From: Selaginella moellendorffii
Taxonomy: Eukaryota; Plantae; Lycopodiophyta
NCBI RefSeq assembly: GCF_000143415.4
Contig: NW_003314306.1
Coordinates: forward strand, 838,897 to 902,896
Direction: 5' to 3'
Length of the DNA stretch: 64,000 nt
Positions 10,701 through 22,386 of this stretch are shown here, in pieces. Position 1 is the stretch's first letter. Each line of letters opens with the position of its first letter. The notes under the pieces are model-generated. The model was not told the DNA's origin. It made no database searches and saw only the letters and a program-made list of their open reading frames with translations. Both the position numbers and the translations under genes were made by a program.

Positions 10701-13547
10701 AAGTCTACAAGCAATCACTAATTGCCAAGCAACTAACAATCACTTTTCAACTTGCCTTCACAAGACCCAAACACTAACTCTTGTCATCAAGTCACATACT
10801 TATCCAACATAAACATAATACCCCAGGTATGAGATAAAAGTTCATAGATAAGCACAAACTAAATGACCACTCAAATCCAACTCAACTGCGATAAGCTCAC
10901 CAACACACCTAGTCAATAGCTTTGAGCATGCCTTGAAGAGGCTAGCTATGCATGATCAACACTCAGTCGAAACTAAAGTGAAGACCATGAGATGGACTCA
11001 TATTGGTACACAACCTCCTCATAGACAAAGCTATAGTACGGGTACCAACATCTCAACCTCAAACAACTAAGTTGGACATCACCATCCTTAGCCAAGGCGC
11101 AGGGCCACCAAGACTAAGTCAAGATCAGTGAGAGCTCACTACTCTCATAGAGTCTTAGCAAAATGCAAGGTGCAACCTGCCACCGAGCATAATGCTACAA
11201 AAGAAAGGCATAAGAGTCACTTTTCTTAGAAAAGCGCAACGGCCACTTTCCTACATCAACTCCAGACTCTATCCAACCCAATTGCTTTAGCCCCAAAAGT
11301 CAGCATCCCTTTCGGGCCGCATCATACAAACTACTTACTAAGATCTAAGCCAACCGAAGTCAACTCCAACCTCTTCACTAGTTTGTATTGGCTTTCGAAA
11401 ATGGAATGGTTTTCGGACAAAATGATCAATAGATCAGCCATTGGAAAAGTCTAAGAAAATTTGTGGAAAATTTCCATCCTAGAGAAAGAATAACTCTCAG
11501 TCCAGAAATGCAAACTTTCAAGACTCAACCAACTTCCTCCTACCAACAACTTCACATAGCCTCACCTCAACAAAAATTCTCATGATCGAACAACATGCTT
11601 AAGCATCGAACATCTTTGCCCATATAACCGACATCCAACATCGACATCCGCAAAGTGCAAAATGAGCATCCAAGGCTTGATCACAAAGACCACATCATCG
11701 GATATCCACATTGCACTAACACTCTTCTTCAACCACCTTCAAGATCCAATGTGAAGCCAAAACACTAACAAGAAAAATGACATGGAAAATCAAGCTCTAA
11801 GGAAAATTCCTCATCACTCGAATCAACAATGCCACTTCCATAACACAAGTGCTAGCGATGTCAATGCATCAACCTCACACCTTCTCCATCCAATAATCTA
11901 CTCCAAGTGCTAACGGATCAATAGATGAGCTATAGCAAATGAATGCTACAACCCATTCCCAACACCTTATGGGCAAACCCTCAAGGAAACAAGGTACCAA
12001 CTTAAGCTTAGCATAATGGATCACCATTGAGAATCCAGTCAAGGCTACTACAATGCTACTTCGTGCAAGTAGACTAGCTTCTCCATCAACCACTTTGGGG
12101 TTGATCATCATTTACCCAAGCAACTTCGTAAACACATTGCTCATTATCACATGGATATGATATAAATCACAATGACTTGATCATCAATTGAGTAACGCAA
12201 TGAGCAAGGCTTATGTCATTACTTTAAACGTTTATGTGAGTATCAAATGCCAACTCGATTCGACAAAATGCAACATAAATGCCACACTCCACCAATAGAG
12301 ATTTACGACACCCAACACCACTAACTTTTGTTCATAACACAGACAAGCTTATGCCACTCTCTTTCCGACCAATCTCAAAACTATTCCAACACCAAGCTAC
12401 TCAAGGAGCAATAACAAGGTTCCCCGGAAAAGAATTGAGCATTGCAACCCAAATCTTCCAATAGCGAGCCTAGACAAAATGGTTTAGTGTTTCACCACTA
12501 TCCATCCCATAACTCACCACTTGTAAGACCACCATCTCCAACATGCATCAAGGTAGGGACTCTTGATTGCATAATGTGAACACGAGCAATGAGTCATACC
12601 TCGTTGCAAATCATCTCTCCAAGAAGAGAAAATGATTTACGTATTTGATCCTCCGTCCTCGATGACTCTCTTTTCGGTCTCATCTTTGACCAAACCTCAA
12701 GCTTGCTTTCGCACTGCCTTCAATTCAATCCAAGAAAAGTTTATGAGAGAGCACGGCAATGATTACTTGAACCAATAGACTATTCCCTACAGTCTTGACT
12801 GATCCAATTATAATCATGCCTAGGAAGGATCCACTAGTGCCGTGCTAAACAGCTATGGACCAGCCTATTTGCCACTCACAGCAAACTCAGGGAAAGTTTA
12901 CTTTCACCCACGGTACATGGAACAACTCATGGAACCACTAGAACAACTTATGGAACCAACGATAGGCTAACATTAATCTTGCCAACTCAAAGTGTAACCT
13001 CGAGTTGCTAATGTGCCTCACTCACGAGCCCAAGCTCAAACTCGTGCAAATGGAACATCTCCAAACCATCCTATGAGCCCAAGCGCAAGCTCACATCATA
13101 AGGTACAACAAGGTAACCCAAAACCTATCCCAAGGAACGATTGCGAAGTCATTGCACCCAAACGTGTACCCACTCGGATCATCGTTTTCATCTCTGCGTA
13201 TGCAACGAGACTAGTTGCCCAATCTCATTGGATAGTTCTCGCCGAGACTCATTCTCTGATACCAAATGTAGCGCACGTGGTTTTGACCCTTTATCCTATG
13301 GTGATTTACCATAGGATAACACCACGAAGCGGAACCTAAACCCTCTTTGTGCCACGTGACAGATGCCACGTGTCACATACCACGTGTCCATAGGAACCCG
13401 AGGTTCAGGGCCTTGGGCCACTGAACGAAGGAACGGTGCCAAACTCCCAAGCGTGACGCCAAGGAGAGATGGAACCGGACCACGGAGCAACTCCCGAGCA
13501 TACAGCCCAAGGAGCGAAGGGACAGGAGCCCGGAGCGACTTGGAACA

Positions 13548-14535
13548 GTCCTGGAGCAACCAGCATCCCAATGCCAGGACCAGCACGCAAAACGGAGCCA
13601 AACGGAGTCTGGCGCTATTTCGGCATACCGGTGGCCTAACGTGAGGATATGGGTACTCCACCAGCTAGCATGGAATGGAACTTGGGCTTAGACCCAAGCC
13701 GGACGCAGAACAAGGACAGGCACGCAAGCGGGAGCTAGACTATGCCTCAGGTTGGTCGGCCATGCCCGACCTACCCACTATCCCTACTATACATTTGCAA
13801 CCCCCCATAGCCCCCCCCCCTTGAGGAACACACGCTTTGGGCTTTCACCCCAAGCTTCCCTTAGTATCAGGAGTTAGTCCTGGAGCAACCAGCATCCCAA
13901 TGCCAGGACCAGCACGCAAAACGGAGCCAAACGGAGTCTGGCGCTATTTCGGCATACCGGTGGTCTAACGTGAGGATATGGGTACTCCACCAGCTAGCAT
14001 GGAATGGAACTTGGGCTTAGACCCAAGCCGGACGCAGAACAAGGACAGGCACGCAAGCGGGAGCTAGACTATGCCTCAGGTTGGTCGGCCATGCCCGACC
14101 TACCCACTATCCCTACTATACATTTGGAACCCCCCATAGCCCCCCCCCCTTGAGGAACACACGCTTTGGGCTTTCACCCCCAGCTTCCCTTAATATCAGG
14201 AGTTAGTCCTGGAGCAACCAGCATCCCAATGCCAGGACCAGCACGCAAAACGGAGCCAAACGGAGTCTGGCGCTATTTCGGCATACCGGTGGTCTAACGT
14301 GAGGATATGGGTACTCCACCAGCTAGCATGGAATGGAACTTGGGCTTAGACCCAAGCCGGACGCAGAACAAGGACAGGCACGCAAGCGGGAGCTAGACTA
14401 TGCCTCAGGTTGGTCGGCCATGCCCGACCTACCCACTATCCCTACTATACATTTGGAACCCCCCATAGCCCCCCCCCCCTTGAGGAACACACGCTTTGGG
14501 CTTTCACCCCAAGCTTCCCTTAGTATCAGGAGTTA
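13548..14535. repeat. ~330-bp tandem unit x3 inside the 5' LTR
   Basis: Units start at 13548, 13877 and 14206. Confidence 0.9.
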
Positions 14536-15815
14536 GTCTCTGGGACAAACTCAAAACTTACTAAATATGGAATGTCCTTAGATTGCGAATTTGGACACGG
14601 GACGAACACCATTGTGTTCAGGCCGATCTCTACATTCCGTAGATATGCCAAATGAGCAAATCTGGACACTTTCCATAAATAGCACTTGGGACCGAAAGGA
14701 GACTAACACAAAGGGCATGATAGCGAGGGTGTTTGGTAGACACGGTAAACTATCATGTAGCGATATTGAGGGACCAATCTCAATACGCGAGGGTTCTTGT
14801 CAAGCCAGTGCAAGACAGAGCAAAAGAGAACTAACAAGCCGGGCCGAGTATGCTCAGCTAAATAGACACTTAGGAATTCCTTCCTTATGCTCATCCGGCC
14901 AAGTACAGATGCAAAGTCCAGTTTACTAACACTTGAACAAGAGGGACTAATAAAGGGTCCAGCAATACCGACCTCCTGCCATCGTGGCAGTAAGGAAAGA
15001 GTGTCCGTAAGTCACATTCGCGACAGCCGCGCGCATGCGTGAAATCCAAAAGAAATCCGCAACGTCATCATTCCTCGGACTGCATGCACGCGAAATCCAA
15101 AAGAAAGATCATGATTGGGATATCATTTAATACCCTCGCTATATTTATACCATGCATGATTGGATATTCCAAAGCATCTTGTATTTCCAAAAATGCCAGA
15201 TGTTCAGCTAAATAAATTGTCAGAGGATTTGATGTGACGTTCAAGTGTGTGGGCTCATGCAATTTTGATCCCAAAAAATGCACCAAAAAATGCTTGGCGT
15301 CATCTGGCGTTATTTCTTGAATGGCGTGAGGCCGCATGCCATTTTTAGGAGCACATAGGAGTATATTCCTAGAATATTCTGACACGCACGAGATTGTTTT
15401 GAGTTTCCTGGAGATCCAACCGTTAGATCGCAACTAGATTTTACAAAAAGGTATACAATGTCCTTCTTGATGACCTTGCAAAGAAGCATCTCGATCGGAC
15501 ACCACATGAGACCACACGAGCCTTACAATGTTTTAGGGGCATTTGCTATAAATCCGACCGTTATTTTGCTCCAAGATTCTACAGTTTGGTGTGCATTGAC
15601 CTTTCCATCGACACTGCAAAGGGACATCACAATCAGATGCGGGATCACAAGAAACCAACTTCACTAACTCTGGTTTCACCAAGATCTACGTAAGGAGTTA
15701 TGAAATGAAAGGACCCTCTCTATTGAAATATGTTTATGGTCTTAGGGGCATTGTGACATATCAAAGGATTTTGCATTAAGTTCTGTATTTGCATATTTAT
15801 CAAGCTACTGAATTG

Positions 15816-15840
15816 CTAAACCCTAAACCCTAACCCTAAA
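15816..15840. promoter_or_regulatory. Telo-box/interstitial telomere-like repeat (AAACCCT)n
   Basis: CTAAACCCTAAACCCTAACCCTAAA in the central noncoding region between the two divergent transposon genes. Confidence 0.45.
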
Positions 15841-17095
15841 CATGTGGCAAATGCTGCGTGAAGAAAGATGCCCTTTCTGGGCAAATGCTGTAAGAGGCAG
15901 ATGCCGAGCAGATGTATCTCAGGCTAGCGAAGGGGACAAACGAACGCTAGCTATAAACATGACGGGATGCAAATAGATTACTAGGCTGGTCCTGCGAAAA
16001 TCAAAAACCATAATTGAAAACATTGAAAATGCAAAAAGAAAGGTTTATAATATTTTTGAATTTTAAGCAACCAAAGGAATGTAAGTAGGGCATGTGTTTG
16101 TAAGTTTAAAAATGCCTCAACCACTTAAATTCCCAAGTAAATAAAGCTATTTCTATTTTTGGTACAGGTAAACTTTATAGCGTGTGGGCTCATGCAATTT
16201 GAACCCAAAAATGCACCAAAAAATGCTCGACTAGCATTATTCTTTGAATGGCGTGTGGCCTTATATTGCCATAAATGGACGTACACACACAGCATAATTA
16301 TTCCTTTACACGGCAAATAATCTTGGCGCGGATCGCTGACATGGCATGGCAAAGTTCAAATCACTGACATGGCACAGCTGGATCGAGGCAAGGACATGAT
16401 GTGACAAAGTTCAACCTCTGACAGCAAAGTCTAGAAGCTACTCAGTTTGAAATTTGTCAGAGGAATCATAAGATCTGGTTTGTCAGAGGATTTGATGTGA
16501 CGTTCAAGCATGTGTTATTTTTGAATTCTCGAACTCATTCCTAGGTTTATCATTTTTGTGTGCCGTGTTCTTGGTTCCGCTGAGTGCAGTGAGCGCTGCT
16601 TGTGTAAACGGCGTTGTGAGCTGTGGTTTATGCGTCTACAAGCGGTTGCGGCATTGCGAGCGCCATTGCAAGCAGCAGTTTATGCGAGTGGCAGTTTGTG
16701 CGAGCGGCGCTACGAGCAGTTGCGGTGTTGCGAGCGGCACTGTTTTTGGTGTGGCTACCACTTCCTCTTGATATTCGGCACTTGTGCTTCCTGGTATGTT
16801 CACCATGGAATGGTTTAGGACCACATTTAGAAATGGCATGAGGCCACATGCCATCTTGGGCCCTTGCAATTTCATGGCTAGCGTATTGTCATGTATGTTT
16901 TTACTTGCCTGCAGCTGTGTGTATATCAAGATGGCATGAGGCCTCATGCCAATTTTGTGAATGAGAAATTTCACGTGGGTGTCAATAGCATGTTTGAATA
17001 ATGGCATGTGGCCTCATGCTATTTGGTATGTTATGATTTAGGCCATTCTCCAATCATTTTTTGTATGGTCTTAACTTCTTTTCTGCACTTTCAGA

Positions 17096-20000
17096 ATGGC
17101 CTTCAGGGTTGGGGAAAAGGTTTACATTTTGAATGGTGGGAAGAGAGTTGCAAAAGGGACCCTTGTGTCTATGGATAGGAACTTTGTTATACACTGTCAA
17201 AGGCTTGGGGAAGGCAATGCTGCTGTATCAGTAGAGACTGTCTTCGATGGGAATGTGGTCGCTATTGAACGAGGAGAGATGGTCGTCGGGGTAAATGTTG
17301 TTGTTGCCTTGAAAAATCTGCAGAAGAAAGCAGATGTTGGGGACAGCGCAAGTGCGACGCATGTTCCCTCCGTGGATCTTAAGAACCGTGCTACATGGAT
17401 TCAGGCAAAGGTGTTTCTAAACAACCCCGAGGGGGAGGTGGTAGCTGAGGGCTTAGCCACAGTTGTCGATCCAAGAGATGCGGTTGCTAATCAAGAATTG
17501 GGCTGGGATGATATTGGAGTTGCGATTTTAGAGGTTGTTGACACAGAAGAAAACAGTCTGACTATTGGAAGCATTGTGCGGTGGAAATTGAGGCATTTAG
17601 TGTTTGAGAATGTGAAGGATTCACAATCAAACACCACTACAACTGATGACAGAACATCTCTTCATGGGAAAAGAAAGTACACCTTCCTACAACGCAGCCA
17701 AAGGGATCTGAGCAACGAACCGAAAAGGCAAAAAATGGCGATGGAGGTTCGAATGGTCTCGACAGTTGCTTGTTGCAAGAGGAGGTGCTGTCAACATGCT
17801 GATTGGGATGCTATTGAAGAGGAGAGAGCAAGATACAAGACATTGTCCTGGAAGGCAGCTCGCAATTTTGTGTATGAGGCATTACGGTCATCTGTTGATG
17901 CTTCAGAACATTAAGTGGGGGGCATGGTCTTCCAGAGGGGTTTGGTCTGCATGAAAGCATGGAGAATCATTTATGGAGTCCCTCGAAGCACATTCTACAG
18001 AATCAAAACTGAGTTCAAGGAACAAAGGGTTCAATAGGCAGTCCATGGGAACGACGGTACGCACAAAACCAGGGGTCATGTTGTATATGGAGAGGCAATC
18101 TTCAAGAGGTTTGTCGAGACATGTAGCGAGCAGCAACCACATAAAACCCGCCTCTTGGAAGATGGAACACAAGACACCTAACGAGTTCTCCCTTCCATGT
18201 ATACCAAGGGGGCCATATTGGAAGATGTGAATCGGGAACTCCAGAGTAATGGCTACAGGAAGCTGAGCCAATTTAGATTTAGTAGATTGTGGAGCAACAG
18301 GTTCAGGGATGTGAGTATAGGAAAGTACTCCAGCTTTTCAAAGTGTGACGAGTGCACTGCTATCAAAATGGCTTTGTCGAAGAATTCTTGTAGTGCTCAA
18401 GAGCGAGAGACGTTGGTTAGAAGGCGGCTCGACCACAACATCGAGCAGAGAAGCTGCAGGACTGCATATTATCATAACAGGATTCTCTCCATGGAGAGAC
18501 CTGACTCTTACCTCTGCATCATCCACGACAAAATGGACCAGAAAAAGACGTGCTTACCTCGACTCAATCCTGCCCCCAAGGCAATCTCTTAATCCATGCA
18601 GCTGCCTGTGTCTCTGTTTGGCATAATCGCTCATGGGCATGGTGCCCAGAACTATGGGAACTTCTTTGTACCTCTATGGGGTGGCAGGGGTGCAAACATG
18701 ATGATTGCGTCCCTAGCAAAACACTTAAGGTCTCTGCAAAGTGCGCGCAGACTGAGCTGAACGGCCAACCCTTGCATAAGGCCCTTGTCGATCGAACCCC
18801 ATACAGGGTTCAGCTGGAGGAGGAGCAAAGGCTTGCAGTATCGCGTGGGGCCCCATGCCATCCTAGTGAATATGTTGGCCGTCAGATTGTAGGGTTATCA
18901 CGTGAGGCCTCATGCCATTCTGACGAGGCTGGTCACCCGCTGAATGCACAGCCTCATCCAAACAAAGCAGAATCTCAAGGAAGTTCTTGCGGCCGATGTG
19001 GCCTTCCACCCCATCTTCTGCTCCAAACAGACAATGTTGGTAGTGAGAACAAAAACATGTACGTCTTCGCGTACTTGGCGATGCTTGTTGCCAAAGGCAT
19101 ATTTGAAACGGTTACACTTGGCTTTCTCATGGTTGGGCACACTCATGAAGACGTCGATGCCATGTTCAGTCACATGGCAGAGTCCCTCCGGCGATCCAAT
19201 GTCCTCACCCTCCCACAACTCTACGATGAATTCCAAAATTGCATCAAAGGCACTGTTGAAGTTGCACTTGTGACAGAGGTTCCAGACTTTAAGGGGTTTG
19301 TAAGAGGCTACATCAGGGACGGATCCGAAACACTGATTGGCCACTCCAAGCTTCTTCAGTTTCATTTTAGCATGCGTGACGGTGCTCCAGTGATGAGGTA
19401 CAAAATGAGAGAATGGGACACAGTGTGGCTGCCAGTGGATGGCATTGAACTCTTCAAGAGAGATCCCATAACTGGGGAACCTATGATTCCTCAGGGTTCC
19501 CCACGGCCGATGCACCCGGATGGACTCAAAGACCAGGAAAGTATAGTGGTCGGGATTAGACAGCATATTGCCTTCTGGAAGAGGGGGTTGATGTTTGGTG
19601 GAGAATCCTATTTTAAGAGGTGCAAGCCTTTGCTCGAATACTGGGAGAAGATTATATCTGCTATCCAAAATGGGCCGGTTGTATATGAAGAATTGGAAGA
19701 GTCCTTTTGGCTAGAACCCAGAGCACCAGATAGTAGCGGAACAATGTCCTCTGGAAATGCAGTGACAGATAACGATGTTGAGGATCACTATTGTGGGCCG
19801 AGGAACAAGAAGCTGGATTCAGCATTCAATCCAGTACAGGTCTGCAAAGGAATGGTCGTGCTTGTCAAACCCAGTAATAAAAAACAAATGATATAGGTGG
19901 GGCGCTGCATCACTGATGCAGAGGAGGACGCGGAAACTAACTCCTTCAATGTAACTGTGGAGTGGTTCAAGCCAAGTTCCGGATATACGAAGGATTGCCT

Positions 20001-20166
20001 AGAAAAGAGATGGGTGCTGAATCCAAGGGATCCCAGCATGAGCATATCGGTGGATAATGTTGTGCATGGTTGGATGCGGAAGCAGAGTGCCACCATCACC
20101 TTGCCAGACCATGCAAGAGATGCAGCAAGAGCATTCATAACCTGGGTTCAAGGTGAGATTCATTAA
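17096..20166 (+). pseudogene. Sola-like DDD transposase (frameshifted, with premature stops)
   Basis: ORFs 17096-17914, 18197-18592, 18550-19896 and 19897-20166 carry FSKCDEC..H zinc-type motif, CIIHDKMDQKK, LLLQTDNVGSENKN and GFLMVGHTHEDVDAMFS. Stops at 18590 and 19894, plus frameshifts. Probable 5' intron ends at TTTCAG (17094). Confidence 0.8.
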
Positions 20167-20941
20167 TATTCCTTTACTAAGTTTCTAATGTATTTTATTT
20201 CAAGGTGAACAATCTGAATCTGAATCAGAGGAGGCGTGATGGCATGGCGTGATGGCGTGAGGCGTGAGGCGTGACACCAAAAAGGAGGTGTCCACTAGCG
20301 CTTAGGCTTATAATGGCGTGTGCCCTCATGCCATTTACTCTATCACCAAATACCTTTTTCCCTTTGCACTAGTATATCTTAATACCGGTCTGAGAAATAG
20401 AATGGCATGTGCCCTCAGGCCTTTTACTAAATCACCTTTGAAAGAAATGCAAGCCTCTATGTCGTAAAAAAAAGGTACTAGAGAAATTCCTTAATAATAT
20501 GAATGTTATTTAGTTTCATGAAAGTACACTAAGGGTCAAATGAGTTAAATGACTTCTCCAGACTAGCAATGCCTCTTGCTACACCTTCACAATTAGATTC
20601 GTTAGAAAAAGATAACATTGAATAATATCTAAATGTTCTCACCATTAAGTTATATGTCTGGCTAATAGGAATGACGTTCATCTTGGAAAGCTCACCACAC
20701 GCTCAATGAACAAACAAATAGTGTGTGCGCGCATGCCATCGCTCTTCTTTAACTTCAGATTCAGCTTGTTCACCTTGACAATGAGATTTATTATACAACC
20801 AGATGGACTCAGTCTGGACACAAAGTCACTGCGCTAGTCACCATGCCCCAGATATGTCTAGCCCCTGGACAAAAAACATATAATTTCACGTCATTTTCAA
20901 ATACTTGAAAATTTGTACCTAGTCCCATTTTACTGAATAAA

Positions 20942-20965
20942 TCCCACTTTAACGAAATAGAGCTT
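20942..20965 (-). repeat. Right terminal inverted repeat (24 bp)
   Basis: TCCCACTTTAACGAAATAGAGCTT followed by TSD CATT. Confidence 0.95.
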
Positions 20966-22386
20966 CATTGCGAGCGTTGCTGAAGTCATCAATGTCATCT
21001 TTCATCTGGTCTACAAACTGTGAGTGGGTGGGTGTTCATGAATCTCAAAGAGGTATTGACGACTCCTCCAGTTTTGGCACGTAGATGTTTTTGATATTGG
21101 TTTTGGAGGTATGTTGATACAAGAGAGCTCAAGTGTGCCTAATTAGTGCTATCTTATTACATATATAATCCATATATTACAACCAACAGAGGCAAACTAC
21201 TCCATAGTAGAGAATGAGTGTTTAGTAGCAGTTTGGGGTTTCAAGAAACTTCATACATATCTACATGGTTTTAGGAGGTTACTAGAAGGTGATCATATTG
21301 CTATTACTTCATTATTGAAGTGAAAGAACCTAATTGGTTATATTGTTCAATGAGCTTTGAAGCTTCAGATATATGATTTTGATGTTCTTAATCACCCATG
21401 GAGTTTTGTGGCTGATGCTAATGCCTATAAGCTCCTAAGTTTGGACTTCTCGGGAGGTCACCCAGCCTAGTACTATTCAAACCCAAGGACGTTTAACCCC
21501 AAATATCCCAAGACCCTTAACCGATTGGAAAAGGGGGTGCACTCTTATTCATGGGCCCTTTCCCTCTATATTTGAACCCCATGGATCGTCTCTTAAGTCG
21601 TTCTCTTTGGTTGCTTACAATCCACCACGCTTCCTTGCAAGTTCACGCCCTCGTGAACGGAAGCTGAGAGCCGCAGCTCTCCCAAGAGTCCCACTCTCTT
21701 GACACCCTACCCCTTGGGTCGAGCCTAGCGGGAGCACACTGGACCAGCCAGATGTCAATCAACATGTGGTGTGATTCCCCTAGCCAACCAACAGAGTCAG
21801 ACTCGAGACCGCTCTGATACCAAATGTAAGCTCCTGAGTTTGGACTTCCTGGGAGGTCACCCATTCGGGTACTACTCAAACCCAAGGACAATTAACTCCA
21901 ACTATCCCAAGACCCTTAACCGATTGGAAAAGGGGGTGCACTCTTGTTCATGGGCCCTTTCCCTCTATACTTGAACCCCATGGATTGGATCGTCTCTCGA
22001 GTCATTCCCTTTGGTTGCTTACAATGCCCTTTCTTGAGCTCCTCTTCCTTCTTCACTCTCTTCTCGTGTTTCTAATGAGCTTATTGTTCTAGCCTCTGTG
22101 GATTTTAGAGACACAAATTCTATATTGTCGACAGTTGTTGTACTTAACATTTAGTGTCCATAAGGTGGAGAACAAGATTTACCTTCTCTTGATAAGGTTT
22201 GCAAAGCTCAAAAGATTGAGCTATAGATTCAAAAGCTTCGAAATAAGTTTGAGAATTTTGCATCACTTACTAATGACTTGCCATTTTAGCATTTACATTC
22301 TCAATATCACCTTAAAGACAACCTTCTTTATTTTGTGGGGACAAATCCTGATAATCATTTACAGCTGCTAGTCCCTTCAATCTTTA
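20966..22386 (+). pseudogene. Decayed host gypsy RT-connection/RNase H region, interrupted by the TRIM
   Basis: LQPTEANYSIVENECLVAVWG..KLHTYLHG and ADANALS remnants. Confidence 0.8.
21426..22023 (-). mobile_element. Cassandra-type TRIM (5S rRNA-related LTRs)
   Basis: LTRs at 21426-21619 and 21825-22023. TSD ATGCC at 21421-21425 and 22024-22028. PBS TGGTATCAGAGC on the minus strand. LTRs contain GGGAGGTCACCCA.C.TAGTACTA.TC...CCCAAG, the reverse complement of the 5S rRNA internal control region. Confidence 0.9.

Larger units (their letters stand above)
6822..15025 (-). mobile_element. LTR retroelement with no long internal ORF (non-autonomous, LARD-like), nested in the DNA transposon
   Basis: LTRs TG...CA at 6822-8264 and 13267-15025, nearly identical. 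TSD GCCGC at 6817-6821 and 15026-15030. PBS TGGTATCAGAG on the minus strand just inside 13267. [16 protein letters not shown] at 8265-8277 (minus). Confidence 0.93.
394..20739. repeat. ~25 dispersed copies of a 22-bp palindrome, consensus ATGGCRTGWGGCCWCAYGCCAT
   Basis: Copies start near 394, 685, 1762, 1837, 3088, 3279, 3420, 4919, 6190, 6250, 6327, 15243, 15321, 15500, 16177, 16248, 16833, 16931, 17001, 18840, 18897, 20252, 20313, 20402 and 20718; some are degenerate. Confidence 0.9.
299..20965. mobile_element. Large TIR DNA transposon, Sola-like (4-bp TSD); ~12.46 kb without the nested LTR element
   Basis: Perfect 24-bp TIRs AAGCTCTATTTCGTTAAAGTGGGA (299-322; reverse complement at 20942-20965). 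TSD CATT at 295-298 and 20966-20969. Removing it restores the gypsy RT frame. Contains a DDD transposase. Confidence 0.92.

Noticed and set aside
8265-13266. Hidden gag-pol in the interior of the nested LTR element
   Set aside because: At most faint gag-like traces; no ORF or motif set that I can support.
15816-15840. True telomere or chromosome-healing site
   Set aside because: Only about three units, internal to a transposon with intact ends.
394-20739. 22-bp palindromes as a CRISPR-like array
   Set aside because: Spacing is irregular (tens to thousands of bp), there are no uniform spacers or cas genes, and the context is eukaryotic.
332-20949. ATCCCACTT at 332-340 and 20941-20949 as a 9-bp Mutator-type TSD
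   Set aside because: Both lie inside the element; the right copy is part of the TIR. Only the CATT TSD restores the host RT frame.
21445-21500. 5S rRNA gene
   Set aside because: Only a partial, diverged 5S-like core inside TRIM LTRs.
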